NCBI RefSeq assembly: GCF_003704095.1
Contig: NW_020845578.1
Span: 248,001-312,000, forward strand
From: Pocillopora damicornis
Taxonomy: Eukaryota
DNA: 64,000 bases
Direction: 5' to 3'
Shown here: in pieces, positions 13,301 to 25,900 of the stretch
How the letters are laid out: every line of letters starts with the position of its first letter
Numbering within the stretch: position 1 is the first letter of the stretch
Notes under the pieces: model-generated
Seen by the model: only the letters and a program-made list of their open reading frames with translations
Database searches by the model: none
What the model was told of the DNA's origin: nothing
Made by a program: the position numbers and the translations under genes

Positions 13301-15844
13301 TAACAGCCATCATTCCGCGGATACTGTGAGGAAGCTAAATCGGGCTTTAAGTGAGAAAATTTTGACATAAAACGGAAATTAACCTTGTACAACACATTAA
13401 CGAAACTTACGGAAAGAGCACCGCATACAAAATGTAGGCAACTGTTTTGGTTGAAAACATATATTGCCTTGACATTTACATATAATTTGCCTTCCGGACC
13501 TCTTAACCTACTTTGTATGACAAAACCATTAATGCACTTTATTGATGTTCCGGCCAGTAGGCGACACTTAAAAAATGCTATTTTACTTTATGAGGTAAAC
13601 AAAGTTTATAATATATACTTGCAACAGTCACTCAGAGTCCAGAGATGTTAAAGGATAATGACAAAAGACTTCAATGAATATAAAAATGCATTCGCTCTTT
13701 CCGTTTCGTGAGATCCATCTTTAAGGTAAGGTTCACTGTTTCTCTATTTGCCAAGAAATTAATGGTAAATACTGTAACAGTTTTTTAGATATCACCTCGA
13801 ACTCATACTAATTTGGGCAAGAATTATTATTTGGATTCCAAAAAAGACTTAACAAATCGAGAAAAATCACCATGTTCATCCTGTTCCATGGCGGAGATTT
13901 GACGAGTTTGTGTTTGTGTTGCTGTGATACATGATCGCAAAGTATTTCGTTTTGCGATCATGTATCACAGAGCCATATTTCTTTGTTTCAAAGTTTCCGA
14001 TTGAGGGCAAAGACTCGAATATAACTGAAACTGTCGAAAATTTGCCAAACGGCAATTTATTACTACTTGACAAACCAGACTGAACTAAATAATTAATCAG
14101 AAGACCACAGCACAACCAAATTATAAAATAATTTCGGGTTATTGAAATAAAATTTCTTTGTGAGCCATCGTTTTGTTTTATTTATCCCAACAAACTTTGC
14201 CAGTGAAAGGTAACGTCATACACGCTTTCTCAGCTGCAATAGCACTAGCTTTTGTACGAATTAGGACGCAGTATGAGAATGGATCATACGATCTTTTAGA
14301 GTAGTCATGCGTGTTTAAATGTTTGTGGCAAACATTTAGAAGTAAGTTGCTTTAGAACAGAAAAACGACAGGCGAAAGACACACAACAGATCCTTTTTTA
14401 AGTGATACTCCCTCCGACACTTTTGAGGCAGGGAGACATAAAAAACCTATTAACTTACGAGAATGATAATGAATCACTTATGCAATAAAAGTTCCGAATC
14501 TGAACAGCAAGACTTTTGCTTGTGAGCAAGAAAGAAATGTGTTAAATACCAAAATCAGATGATAAAACGACGTTCATTTTATTATATAAGTATCCACAGT
14601 CTCCATCTCTTTTTGTCTGTGCATAACTAAGTCATATAGTTGACCAAAAACACCCTCATCATTTACTATCTGCATTGCAATGATTATTTAATGTCGGTTA
14701 TATCCAACTGCGCATCATATTCAGAATTACCTGACCACAAATTTTGTCTTAAAGTCTAAATCTCTGATCAAATTTAATTTCAATTGCTATTGGAGCAATT
14801 AAAATCTCTTGTTACGTAGTACAAGATAACTTAAGAATTTCATAAAAATATTTTGAAGGAGTGAAAACTTTCCCTCCAAAACTAAACAAGTGAGCGGGCT
14901 TTTAAAGACACAATTAACGTACCATGCAATACAAATAAATGACATCGTAGGCACTTTTATCAATACGTTGCAACTTAACTGCAAGATTGACATTATTTCA
15001 CACTGTTTTTATTCTTCCCCTTGATAATTGCATTTCAAATTTGTTTTGACTTGTCTCTCAATTCGCAATGGCAAATCTCTCTGGAGATTTTTTGTTCACC
15101 ACGCTTTAGCATAAGTGATATGTTAGTATGCTGTTGATATGCAAGTATTGGCAATAGTAAAAACAGATTGGAAGTTTTATTTAATAGGGCAACCTGCTCC
15201 GCCAAAGTAAATGTAATAACCATCCCCTACAATTTCCAAAATTGGAACGTCATTTTCCAGTTCGTGATTATGTTAAAATTTAAACTTACGGTGATAATGA
15301 AGGAAATTCCAGTGTTATTCACGCTGGTAACTCTTTATATGTCCTTCGATTTAGAAAAGATGTAACTTCGAGTATGTTCAAAGTGATAAGATTAATTTCA
15401 CTTGTTTACAGTCGTTGCTAATGGCAATTTTAACTTGATGATAATAAAAAGCAAGGTAATTCTATGTTGTTTAGATATACGTATGTCAAATACAGTTGCA
15501 TTCTCCTTTGTCGTGTGCACTTGGAGCAAGAGGCTACAAACAGTGCGAAAATTCATGTCTGCAAAAAATTAAGAAAGTGCTTCCCTTGAAGCTTCCATAT
15601 GCCAGGTTAGATTTCCCTTTTTGTTGCATTTTTCTCATACCCATATGCGTGCTATTAACTCCGAATATCGAGCTGTATAATTGACACATATCAAACATGA
15701 TTACCAACTACTGTTATTCGAATTTTTTGGTCGACCGTTAGTTGGAGAGTGCTGTTGTTGGTGGTTCAATGAACACCTTCGGATTTTTAAACCAAATGGT
15801 TTTCACAAAGGCTTTGTGACTGAGCTTTACAAACATCACATACG

Positions 15845-16173
15845 TACGGTGGCCGGTAAAAACAAAACAGTCACAAAACCCACAACACAAACACAAACTC
15901 AAAACAGAATCACAAAATCCGCAACACTGACACAAAACCTACGTTTGTGTTTGTGTTGTAGAGTTTTGTGGTAGTGTTGCGGATTTTGTGATTCTGTTTT
16001 CAGTTTGTGTTTGTGTTGTAGAGTTTTGCGTTAGCGCTGCGCATTTTGCGATTCTGTTTTAAGTTTGTGTTTGTGTTGTAGAGTTTTGTGTTAGTGTCGC
16101 GGATTTTGTGATTCTGTTTAAAGTTTGTGTTTGTAGGTTTTGTGACTCTGTTTTGTTCTTACCGGCCACCGTA
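15845..16173. mobile_element. Non-autonomous DNA transposon (IS3EU-like MITE) with internal ~60-bp repeats
   Basis: TIRs tacggtggccggtaa (from 15845) and ttaccggccaccgta (to 16173); 6-bp direct repeat catacg at 15839-15844 and 16174-16179. The body has about three tandem 60-bp units (gtttgtgtttgtgttgtagagttttgtg...gattctgtttt) plus an inverted copy. TAY..RTA ends with a 6-bp TSD match IS3EU as I recall it. Confidence 0.8.
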
Positions 16174-19100
16174 CATACGATTTAGGATCCAAAAATTGCT
16201 GTCACAAGGCTGTACTATGATGTAGACAGCTAGAGAAAACGTAATGAAAAAAGTCGCCAGTTTCAAACAAAGGTTCCTAGCGGTTGTGTTGCTTTGTCGC
16301 AGTATTTTATTATAGGCGGATCGATTTCTTCTCTTTGAAGTAGTAGCTCCCCAGAGATGTGAAGTGGGTCATGAGATTTGAGGTAATTGTTGAACCCAAA
16401 ACCCCATCAGGTGATTGTCTCAAAGAGTTCCCCTTTTCCCGTTTCCATTTGTGAAAAGAGTTTGTGCAGTACAAGGTGCTTCTAATTATCCATTTTTTCA
16501 GGACAAGCGTATTGAGGTGGAGCTAATCTGTCCTTTATGACTCATATCACACTTCACGCCCGGCAACTTAATCCTCTCAGAAGTATGCCTAATTCTGTCA
16601 AAAAGTGTGCCTCATAACTCTCTGAAACAGATGGTTTCTCGTCTTAAAGAAAAATACTTGGCGGAAATTACATAGGAAAGATAAGTGTAAAAATGACCAG
16701 TCGAAAAATTAATTTAACAACCGATATATGTCTTCAGCAGAAATCTTAATCTCTCTTATGTTTTGTACGATTCATCGAATAAGTTTACTTTAGAAGTATG
16801 ACACACAGAAAGCCGGGTGGAAATCTAATTCAAGCCAAACCCGTCAACCAGATGACTTTCCTCTCCTCCCCCCATGGTGCAGGCTTAGGCTGTGTTCACA
16901 AAGTATCCCATATGTGCAACGAGTAACAAACGATGTTTATAATTCTCGAATAGGTATTAAAGCCACCACTAGCATAGAATAAGCAGGATCTAAAACTGCC
17001 CCTTTTCTTTTAAAAATCATTTGTACTTCTGTACTGAGTACACATTAGTTGGCGAACTATTATTAATACGAGCAAACGTTGATATTGGAGCGAGAAAAAT
17101 TTAAAGGTTAGGACGCCACTGGACGAAAAAAATCATCGGCTATTTGAGACCTGCAAGAATTCCCTGTGCAGCATTTTCTGCACGAAACAAGATATTTCTC
17201 CCAAATCTCTACGTGTTCTGAAATAGTAACGCCACTATAAACAGTAGCATAAAAACAGCTAAAGGGATAGTAATGATCTAATTAACATTCAATCCATACT
17301 AACCATCCAATAACCAGTCCCTCTATTTAGCTGCTTGGCACGTTAAAGGATATATCAATTTTTCATGAAAACGAGAAGAGAAGCCTGAGGTAACTTTGAC
17401 CTTAAATTATAGGCGAGACGGATGAAAGATGTACATGCATGTGTGTCAATTATTCTCCTGCTTGACTCACTCTCCATCTGATGGAGTCACTATTTAGTTT
17501 ATTTCATGATGGTGACTCCTGATAAAGATTTTCCTATGATCCCAAACACACCTACTTTTACTTGAACTTCAACCAGAGTTAAAAAAAAATCTTCTTTCTT
17601 ATAAATGGAGTTTTCACAAAAAAACACAACCACATAAGATAATACATGGACGTGAAATGGAATTGAAAATGCGTCAAATTTTGCACCCCACCGGGAATTT
17701 CCCTCGGTTGATGAATTTCTGTTCTTGATGATTCTACATTTATTTGATTATCAAAATCAGTAATACCCTTTTACCTACACACACTTAAGATTGTCTATTA
17801 AATATTGAAGCAACCCCGGTGCGTTCTGTGAAAAACTCCAGTTGCCTGGAGAATCTATGAGAATAACATGAATACTAATTCCAGTCTACAATTAACGACA
17901 GAATGAGATTTAGGTGTTAAATTCGGCTCAAACAACAACATAGATTAACAACTTACTGCTGCTTTGTTTTACTTTTACATCTGATTTTACTATCACCATT
18001 GATTTGCGTGTTTCTATGATTAAAAACCTGTTCCAAAGAGGCGAATTCTATTTCTCCATCATTTCGCCGCAGGGAAGGATTGGACTATCGCAGCATGTCG
18101 GAATAGTGTGACCACGTATTCGAATTTTCATTCAAAATAAATAGAAAGCCTATTCAAAAGCTTATACTGTTAACTTTAAAAACAATCTTTATTGTGTGGA
18201 AACATTTTTTATTGTTTTTTAACACCATCTCTTGAGGATGAAATTTCATGGAACTCTACAACATTTTCATTGAAATTGAATTGGGTTAATTGAAAAACAG
18301 CGGGGATTCGTATGTTTTTCACGGCACAGCTTGATAAAAATATATGGAAAGTCAAATTGCTTTGTTAATCGACACAGAATTATTTTGAAATCAGGAGTTT
18401 ATTTGTAATACGTTCTCAATCTCAAGAAGGAGGTTATATTCCACAAAAATTGCAAATTCATTCAGAGTAAGATTACAGTCCTTTTTAATCAAAACCAGAA
18501 CTGTGTTCTATCAACAAGAATTACCGACTACACATTCTCAGTGTAGCATAACCTGAGAAATACGTATAAGCGTGGAAGAACAAAAAAATAGCAGTATCCT
18601 ATGCTCCTATAGACAGGCCACAAATAGGTGAGTGGAGATATGCTGATACACAAATATCCCCTGAATGTAATCAGAGTCAGGGTCTTTTGTGGTCAGGGTC
18701 ACCTTAAAACTATTCAACCACTGACTAAAAAGGCTATTTTCTTGATAATCATTCCAATTTACTTACTGCAGATGCAATGGCTATTAAAATGCGTGCGCTT
18801 TTCAAAACTTGAAAATATTTGCTGTAACATTCATTCCCTGGGCGAATAAGCAATACACGGAGTGAAGATCGTTTAGAGAGCGATGAAAGAAACTGTCCTC
18901 TGAAGAATACATGAACAAGTCTAAAAAAATTAAGATTTTGAAACTCCCTGAAATTATTGACACTTAATTGTTTTATCTTTTTTGCACAATAATATGAAAT
19001 CTGCAGTTGTCGCCAACGTTTCTCAATGTGTATTATAAATTTGCATTTCCACTCCAAAGCATTTTGTTTCGATTTTCTTAGAACAATTTGATCTTTGACC

Positions 19101-19883
19101 GTTTTTACTTATTTTCGTTTCTAATTCCTTGAATGGTTTCCATAAGTTTGAAGTGACTACAATGTTGTAGAGATAGCCAGTACAATAAGAAAATCGTTAT
19201 AAATGAAAGGCACGCTGCACCTGACCCCGCTGCATGACAGCCGAAATAAGATTGGTGTGGTTGATTCGTTGAGGCACAGAAACATCTAAATCCAGGGGCC
19301 TGGTTCAGCCAGCATTGGATTCCTTTAGGCTCTCACTCTCTTGTGTCAGCATTCATGCAATGTGACTCAGTATGTTGGCTGATTCTCAGTCCTCACCCTA
19401 GGTTTGAATTTTTTTTTTTTTATCATCACGCTGCGTCTCGTTGCTTGTTAGATGAAGTGGAATGTTTTTGGTGGTTATTCCTTTTTCCGAAAAAAACTGA
19501 AAAGTTTCTGCGATTTCTTGTCTTGCCAGTACATGAACTTCTTGTTGCTGCCAATTTGCCGTCTCTCCTCTGACAGAAGCATTTAATTAACCCTTGTAAT
19601 ACAAATACATTCCGAAATCACGAAATAGACATACAATAACAAATGTACTTGATTTGTTGGTAATCTTAAATTGACTGATCAATGTTCGACATATTAGTTA
19701 GCTTTGCCTCTTGCTTACATTTCAAATCATGCTGAGAATTTAGTCTCCTGATTTCTGGTCAGCCTTGAGAGATCTTGCCACATTCCATTGTAAATGACAG
19801 CGCTCGCCCACGTTCCTGTTTTTCTATGGACACATCACGCGTCTACTTCGATCAAGCGTAAATTTCGTTTAATTTGCTTTCAG

Positions 19884-19918
19884 ACCAGGAAAGTTCGTGC
19901 TAGTACAAACTAAAGTAG
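19884..19918 (+). other. Candidate non-coding 5'-UTR micro-exon of the GPCR gene
   Basis: Acceptor tttgctttcag| at 19883 and donor tag|gtaag at 19919. The strong acceptor at 21818, just before the GPCR ATG, implies an upstream exon. Confidence 0.3.
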
Positions 19919-21355
19919 GTAAGCCCTTTTTGTTGCCCACAATCTTTTGCAATCTTCTTATTGCACCTAATGTTCTGATATACGTATTGCTGCTTTGTAA
20001 CATTTATACAGTGTACATCATGTTAACAGCTTTCTTTAATACAAAGACGGTTTGTTTTTGAGACCATGTCAGTCTCCATCCATTTAAATTTGTAATGCTT
20101 TTGAACCTGACATTTTGTATCGCCCCTACAAATTATCTTACTCTTAAGGCAAACAGACCAGACGAGTCTGAGTGATTCTGTTTCTTTCATGGAAGTTAGT
20201 GTGCATCGTTTTGTGTGCTCTATAACGATACTTTATGAAAAAAAAACCAACAAACAAACACTCAAGCAGTGCGAGCTAGGATCGTCATGGTAATCACTTA
20301 TCTATCATTCTCATTCAAATAAAGATCCCACGCATAGTTTCAATACGATCAGTGCTCCAGGAGTTTTACATTAACAAGACTCAACATGAGTGGCGAATTT
20401 CGATCACGAATTATCAGGAATGGTAGGTTTTGTCTGTTTACCTTCGAATTTCAAAGCGAATTGATTTCACCGGAGAACATAATACTTGCGTTCTAAGAGT
20501 GTGATGTCTTTCAACCAGAAAGCAGTTGTAGTGATGTAGTAAGCCTTCTGCAAACTACAGATTGACACATAAAGCGCTCATTGTTGTTTAGATGAAGAGA
20601 AGTACTGCGCCGCTTTATAATCGCAACGTTAAAGCTGCAATCACCCTATATCCTCGTAAGTGAGCAGCTCTGTCAAAATATGACAGGCGAACTAAAACAG
20701 TCAACTGAAACAGTCAGATATGCACCATACCAACAAGATCTACTTATCACCTAAAGAAAAATGCCACAAACAACCATTATATTTTTTTTAGAACTATTTA
20801 GTCCCTTTTTATGTTGACCTTGAATAGAATTTTATACTTTTAAGCTGAAATAATTTGTTTCTATTTATTTCACGCTCTGTGCTTCGCTTATTAGCTTGTC
20901 GAAATTTTAGTTTCACTCTTGTTATCATCTTTGATACTTCATCACTAGGTCAACCAAAGAAAAGGCTTATCAATGTATTCCACAGATGTTGAAAACCCTT
21001 ATTCTTAGCAAATCTTTTCTTACAAATTAGACAGACAAAATAGAAGAGTTTCTGCAGGGTTCGCCATCCAAATGTTATTTGCTTACTTTCTTTCTTATGT
21101 GAATGATTCAGTTGCTTTAGATAGTAGCAACCTCTAATAATTTTTGCAGTTGGGCTGTTGTTGGGTTAAAAATGTTCCCTATAAAATAATGAAGTACATC
21201 TCTAAATATTTTGATTCATTCTTAAGAACAAGAGGGGCCTTCTTATGAACCTGATAATAGCTTTTAATAACATTGTCGTTATCATCATTTATCATCATCT
21301 GTAATTATTAATTGATATAGAGGGGTAGGTAGGTAAATGGAAATATAGATAGATA

Positions 21356-21732
21356 CAGTCGAACCTGTATGACGCGGTACCTTATTGAGCGGTCACCCTG
21401 TATTTAACCATCAGTTGTCAAAGTCGCGATATTCTTTCCCTTCAAACATTGCAATTTCCACCTATGTTTGTACTGTCTTCTACCTGTATTTAACGGAATC
21501 AGTAGGACCACTCAAAGAAGAAACTCCCAAGTATATTTAATTCATGTTTATCTCCCGAAATCAATGCTAGTAGGTTTTGTACAGTAAGTGGTCAATTATT
21601 GTATAAAATGGCGTTTTTTTACCGTTTTTTTGCAAAACCCCTATTCCGTGGAACCTGTATTAAGTGGTCAACCTGTATTTAGGGGTCACCCCGCCATTCC
21701 CCGTGAGTGACCGCTTAATACAGGTTCGACTG
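21356..21732. mobile_element. Tc1/mariner-pogo type MITE, copy 2 (inverted relative to copy 1)
   Basis: TIRs cagtcgaacctgtat... / ...atacaggttcgactg; TA TSD at 21354-21355 and 21733-21734; inserted in a (TAGA)n tract. Confidence 0.85.
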
Positions 21733-21832
21733 TAGATAGAGAGATGGATACATGGATGGATAGACAGATAGAGAGAAATACTTCCACTAATGTTGATTTC
21801 TGCTTTTTCTTTCCTTAGGTTAAACATTAGAT

Positions 21833-22915
21833 ATGAATATTTCAAATGACAGTGCCACGACAACTCCCGTGCTATTTGTCACAGATCCTGTCAATATCAC
21901 TAGCGCAGTTGCTGTGGGTCTCGTGATAGTACTTACTATATTTGGAAATGCAATCGTATGTGCAAGCTTCTACACATTCCGAGACCTTCGAACAATATGT
22001 AACTATTTTATCATAAGTCTCGCAATATCCGATATACTAGTGGCAATTTTGGGGATGCCATTTTGGTTAGTATTGCAGCTTACCGATTTATCAAACAATA
22101 CCGTCATTCAGGGAGATCTTTATCTCTTTTGGCAATGCATGGATATTTTCTTTGGCACAGCATCCATAATGAACTTGGCAGCGGTTAGTGCTGATAGACA
22201 CGTGGCAATCACTGCCCCATATTCATATCCTCATGTAATGACATCACGAAGAGCTTTGCTTATTTTGTGTTTTGCATGGATTTATGCCGTCGTAGTGTCC
22301 AGTCTGCGACTCCTGGATAAAAACTGGATACGAACCGGTGGATATCAATATATGGTGTTCATAGCGAGCTTTGCACTTCCGCTGTTATTTATGATCGCGA
22401 TGTACGCTAGAATTTATGTTGTAGCTAGACGTCAGGCTCGTCGAATCGGTCGTAACAGGAACTACACTACAGACGTGAAAGCCGCGAAAACAATAGCGGT
22501 GGTGATTGGTGCGTTCGTTTTCTGTTGGGCGCCTTTCTTTGTGTCAGTCATTGGCTACATCAACAACAAGAACTTTTATCCTTTGGATGTTCACAAGTGC
22601 GCCAAATGGTTGGAATATGTAAATAGTTGTTTAAATCCAATTTTGTACACTTGCTTAAACAAAACCTATCGCAGGGCCTTCAAGAGACTTTTTACTCGAT
22701 GGCGTGGACGGCTAGAAAGAACTCGAGAAGAGTCACTCACTACAATAGGAACATTATCTAGAAGGCTTACCTTACCTAGAGGATCCATTTTTGCCACTCA
22801 TGGAGACACGTTTTCTAGCTCGTCCTCAAAAGAGCTTAGTGAATTAAGAAGGAAGCTTAGTAGAAAAAGCAGCGTTAAAAGAAAAACAGAAGACCCTCCT
22901 GTTACATTTATATGA
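21833..22915 (+). CDS. Class A (rhodopsin-like) GPCR, biogenic-amine-receptor-like, 360 aa, single coding exon
   Basis: Seven hydrophobic segments; GN (TM1), SLAISD (TM2), D3.32 in CMDIFFGTASIMNL, DRH (DRY variant), KAAKTIAVVIGAFVFCWAPFF (TM6), WLEYVNSCLNPILY (TM7); N-terminal N-glycosylation sequons. Branch point cactaat plus acceptor ttccttag| at 21818, 14 nt before the ATG. Confidence 0.95.
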   Translation: MNISNDSATTTPVLFVTDPVNITSAVAVGLVIVLTIFGNAIVCASFYTFRDLRTICNYFIISLAISDILVAILGMPFWLVLQLTDLSNNTVIQGDLYLFWQCMDIFFGTASIMNLAAVSADRHVAITAPYSYPHVMTSRRALLILCFAWIYAVVVSSLRLLDKNWIRTGGYQYMVFIASFALPLLFMIAMYARIYVVARRQARRIGRNRNYTTDVKAAKTIAVVIGAFVFCWAPFFVSVIGYINNKNFYPLDVHKCAKWLEYVNSCLNPILYTCLNKTYRRAFKRLFTRWRGRLERTREESLTTIGTLSRRLTLPRGSIFATHGDTFSSSSSKELSELRRKLSRKSSVKRKTEDPPVTFI

Positions 22916-25900
22916 CACCTCTCTTCTTCCAGGGATAGCGGGAAATGGAGCGGAGAATTAATTTCTTCATTAGAATTATAAACCTTTGGATTAAAAGGTT
23001 GGAGGAGAGGCGAACATGCTCACCATTGAAAAAACTCAATAAAGAGTAAGAGAAAGAGCAAAGCGAGTAAGTACAAGAATCTGTCGGTATTCGTTCGCCA
23101 CGGAGCACCAATATAAAGTTATAGTTAACTGTCAGTGAATCTCGTTAAACTTGTTTTAATTAATCGCCAATTTATTTTCGGAAAAGCTCCTTTGACTTTA
23201 AGTTTAGGGAGAGGAATCGTACTGAAATGTTGAAAAGTGCACATTCAAACACAATAAATTGAGGCGCAAGTTAAGCGCCTTCTGCAAAAAAAACTAATTT
23301 TCTGATAAATCAAGGCCGAAATCTTGCGGTATAAGGAAGGGAATGCTTTACGATGGAGTCTACGGATTGGTCCCAACAGACGTTTCCGTAATGTAAATTC
23401 CCACAGTTTTAGCTGTCAAGTTATCTTTCATAGTTGTAAGCCAACAAATGCTATGCTACTTTTTTTCTATTCAGCCTAGGGTAACCAGCAAGTAGCAGAG
23501 CTAACGACATTAAAGAGCCAGTGAGATTATCGTTAGAGTCATTATAGTTCCAATTTTCTCAGATGTTGTTAAAAATGATATCTCTGGCGTCAAAAAAAAC
23601 TCTTGTCAAACCTTAAGGTTGGTTTCCATCAGGGAACAGATTTACGCCCCGGCTAAACAATCAAAATTATCGTTCATCGCCGTATTTGTCGCACACGAAA
23701 TAGGGTGGCTAAACGAGCAAATAATCAGTATTTTATCAAACATGGAACGCAGATGAGCTCGCAAGACCCTTCCTGCGTTAAATTACTCATGTTTGGTTTC
23801 TAGTTGCTTGTTTTTCCCCGGTTTGGTTTGCTTCGTTTCTAGAGGTCGCTAAATGATCAAACACCATTATGCTTTTGAAGCAATTTGTAAGATGAAAAAG
23901 TTTGATTTAGATCAAACACGTGAGGCCATTTCAGTGCAGTTTCGAGAGAGGTGGCTGATCAGCCGCAAGTTCTAAAATGATTTTGGATGGTAACGTAAGG
24001 CAAGGCTTTCACTTTTGCTAAGAGTATCCCTAGCAATGCCTCAAAACTGACCACAGATATCTGCTTAACTTTTTCAATTTATTCAGACTAACACACATGA
24101 AGACGAATGAAAGTCTCTACTTCGTTGGTTTGCGGCTTTGTAAGATTTTTATGACTGTTTGGTCTATCCCAAGAAAGGCTTTTAAACGATTCTCCAGCCA
24201 AAGCGTACACTTAATAAATTTGCACGAACCATGATTATTAGATTATCATGTTTCCATGAGATGAATGCTCTAGAAACCAAGTAACTTTTTTTCTCCGCAA
24301 CCGAAAAGTGTGTTAAAAATTTAACTTCTTTCCGCAGTCTTAAGATTCCAGAGAATTAGCTAGCCGAAGTCAATTTTCTTCTAATGGGCTAAAATTGGAC
24401 TGTGGACACCCCCATTTTGAGAAACACTTCAGTGACTTAGCCGCGCACGAAAAATCGCAACAGGTGCTTCACATACAGCTACTGCTCTTGTTATCGTAAA
24501 AATGATCATCATTTAAATCCCAAATGTTCCTTTTTGTGTGGCCCTTAATGGTTAAAACAGATTATCAAGGGTTGAAAAGAGGATCGAGATTTGGTGATGT
24601 CACAAGCGCGCAGCCAGGCTGCCTAGCACAATATAGACAATTTTGAAACGGTTAAGCTTATCTTTAAAATCTCAAAACTTAATAGTTGTTATTGCTTTCA
24701 ATATACGCTTGTAACAAGGGAAAAAAATTTATATGGCTTGTGAAGCCTGCTGCGGTGTTAGGGCATTCTTCTGGGATCTTAGGACTGAAAAAGAGAGAGG
24801 ATTCGCGCCCTGGATTTTTCGTTCTGAAGGATAGTATAATCTTGGGCAAAGTTTGGCCTAACACAGTGAAATGTCATTGAATCTCCCTGGGCGACTACTG
24901 TTACGAAGTTTGACCCAATACAGAAGAATGTCCTTAGATTACCTACATTACTACGATCAAAATGGAATAAATATATAATTTGACTCGTAACAGTAACTCC
25001 GATGTTTCAAATTCATTATTATAATTACTAGAAAGCAGTTTAAAATTGTATGAATCAGGAGGCGAAGAAGGCCATAACCTATAATTGTTCCCACTTGTCA
25101 GTATTTATAATGACTATACACTGGAGGATTTCATAAAAAAATTTTATTGGCTCATTCAGGCAGGATGTTTGATAACTATACCCTTCACAAAAACTTTTGT
25201 AGAAAGGTATAGGAAAATATTTGTCATGATCCCGTTTGGTTATAGATTTACTGCTAACTGATGTTTAATTGGTGAAATATCCAGATATGATCCCTAAAAG
25301 TTGCCCAATGCTTTGAACTACATCTAAGTCATATTTTATCAGGTATTTGTATCCAACTTGGAGTTTTAGTGACCTGTTTTAATTAGTCAGTTAACGGAGA
25401 CACTGCACCTGTCGCGTGAGAGGTCATTCGCTTGCAGAGCGATTATTTTTGTTTAGAGCATCGAGTAATTACACTATTGTTCAAATTTTAACAGGAATTT
25501 AGAGTTCTGAAAACAAATCTTATACTTTTATCCTGACATATTTCTTGTGATCAAACAGGATATCATTCCTAGCTCAAGGTGATAAATGATGAGTTATTAG
25601 GTGTGAAAAGTTAGACAAAGTGAAGTATTCTGTTCAATCTCTTACCTTTAAGTTGTCAAACTACAAAATGATCTGAACCCAGCGTTAATAAACAAGTCTT
25701 TTTCCTTACATCAGTCGCTCTGTCGCTCTAACTCTTATTTAAACAGTTCAATTCATCTTCATTACTACAAAAAAATTTCCATGAGCCGTTTTCTCTTCTT
25801 TGACAACTATTTATTTGTACTGAGGTGCATTCCCATAAATTACGAACTTGACAGAAAGTCCAATCATTGTTTTGTCATGTCATGGGTTAGAATTTGAGTG

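Noticed and set aside
21833-22915. GPCR as an opsin partnering the PDE6-like enzyme
   Set aside because: Position 7.43 is Tyr, not the retinal-binding Lys. The Lys is at 7.39 and the other motifs are aminergic-like.
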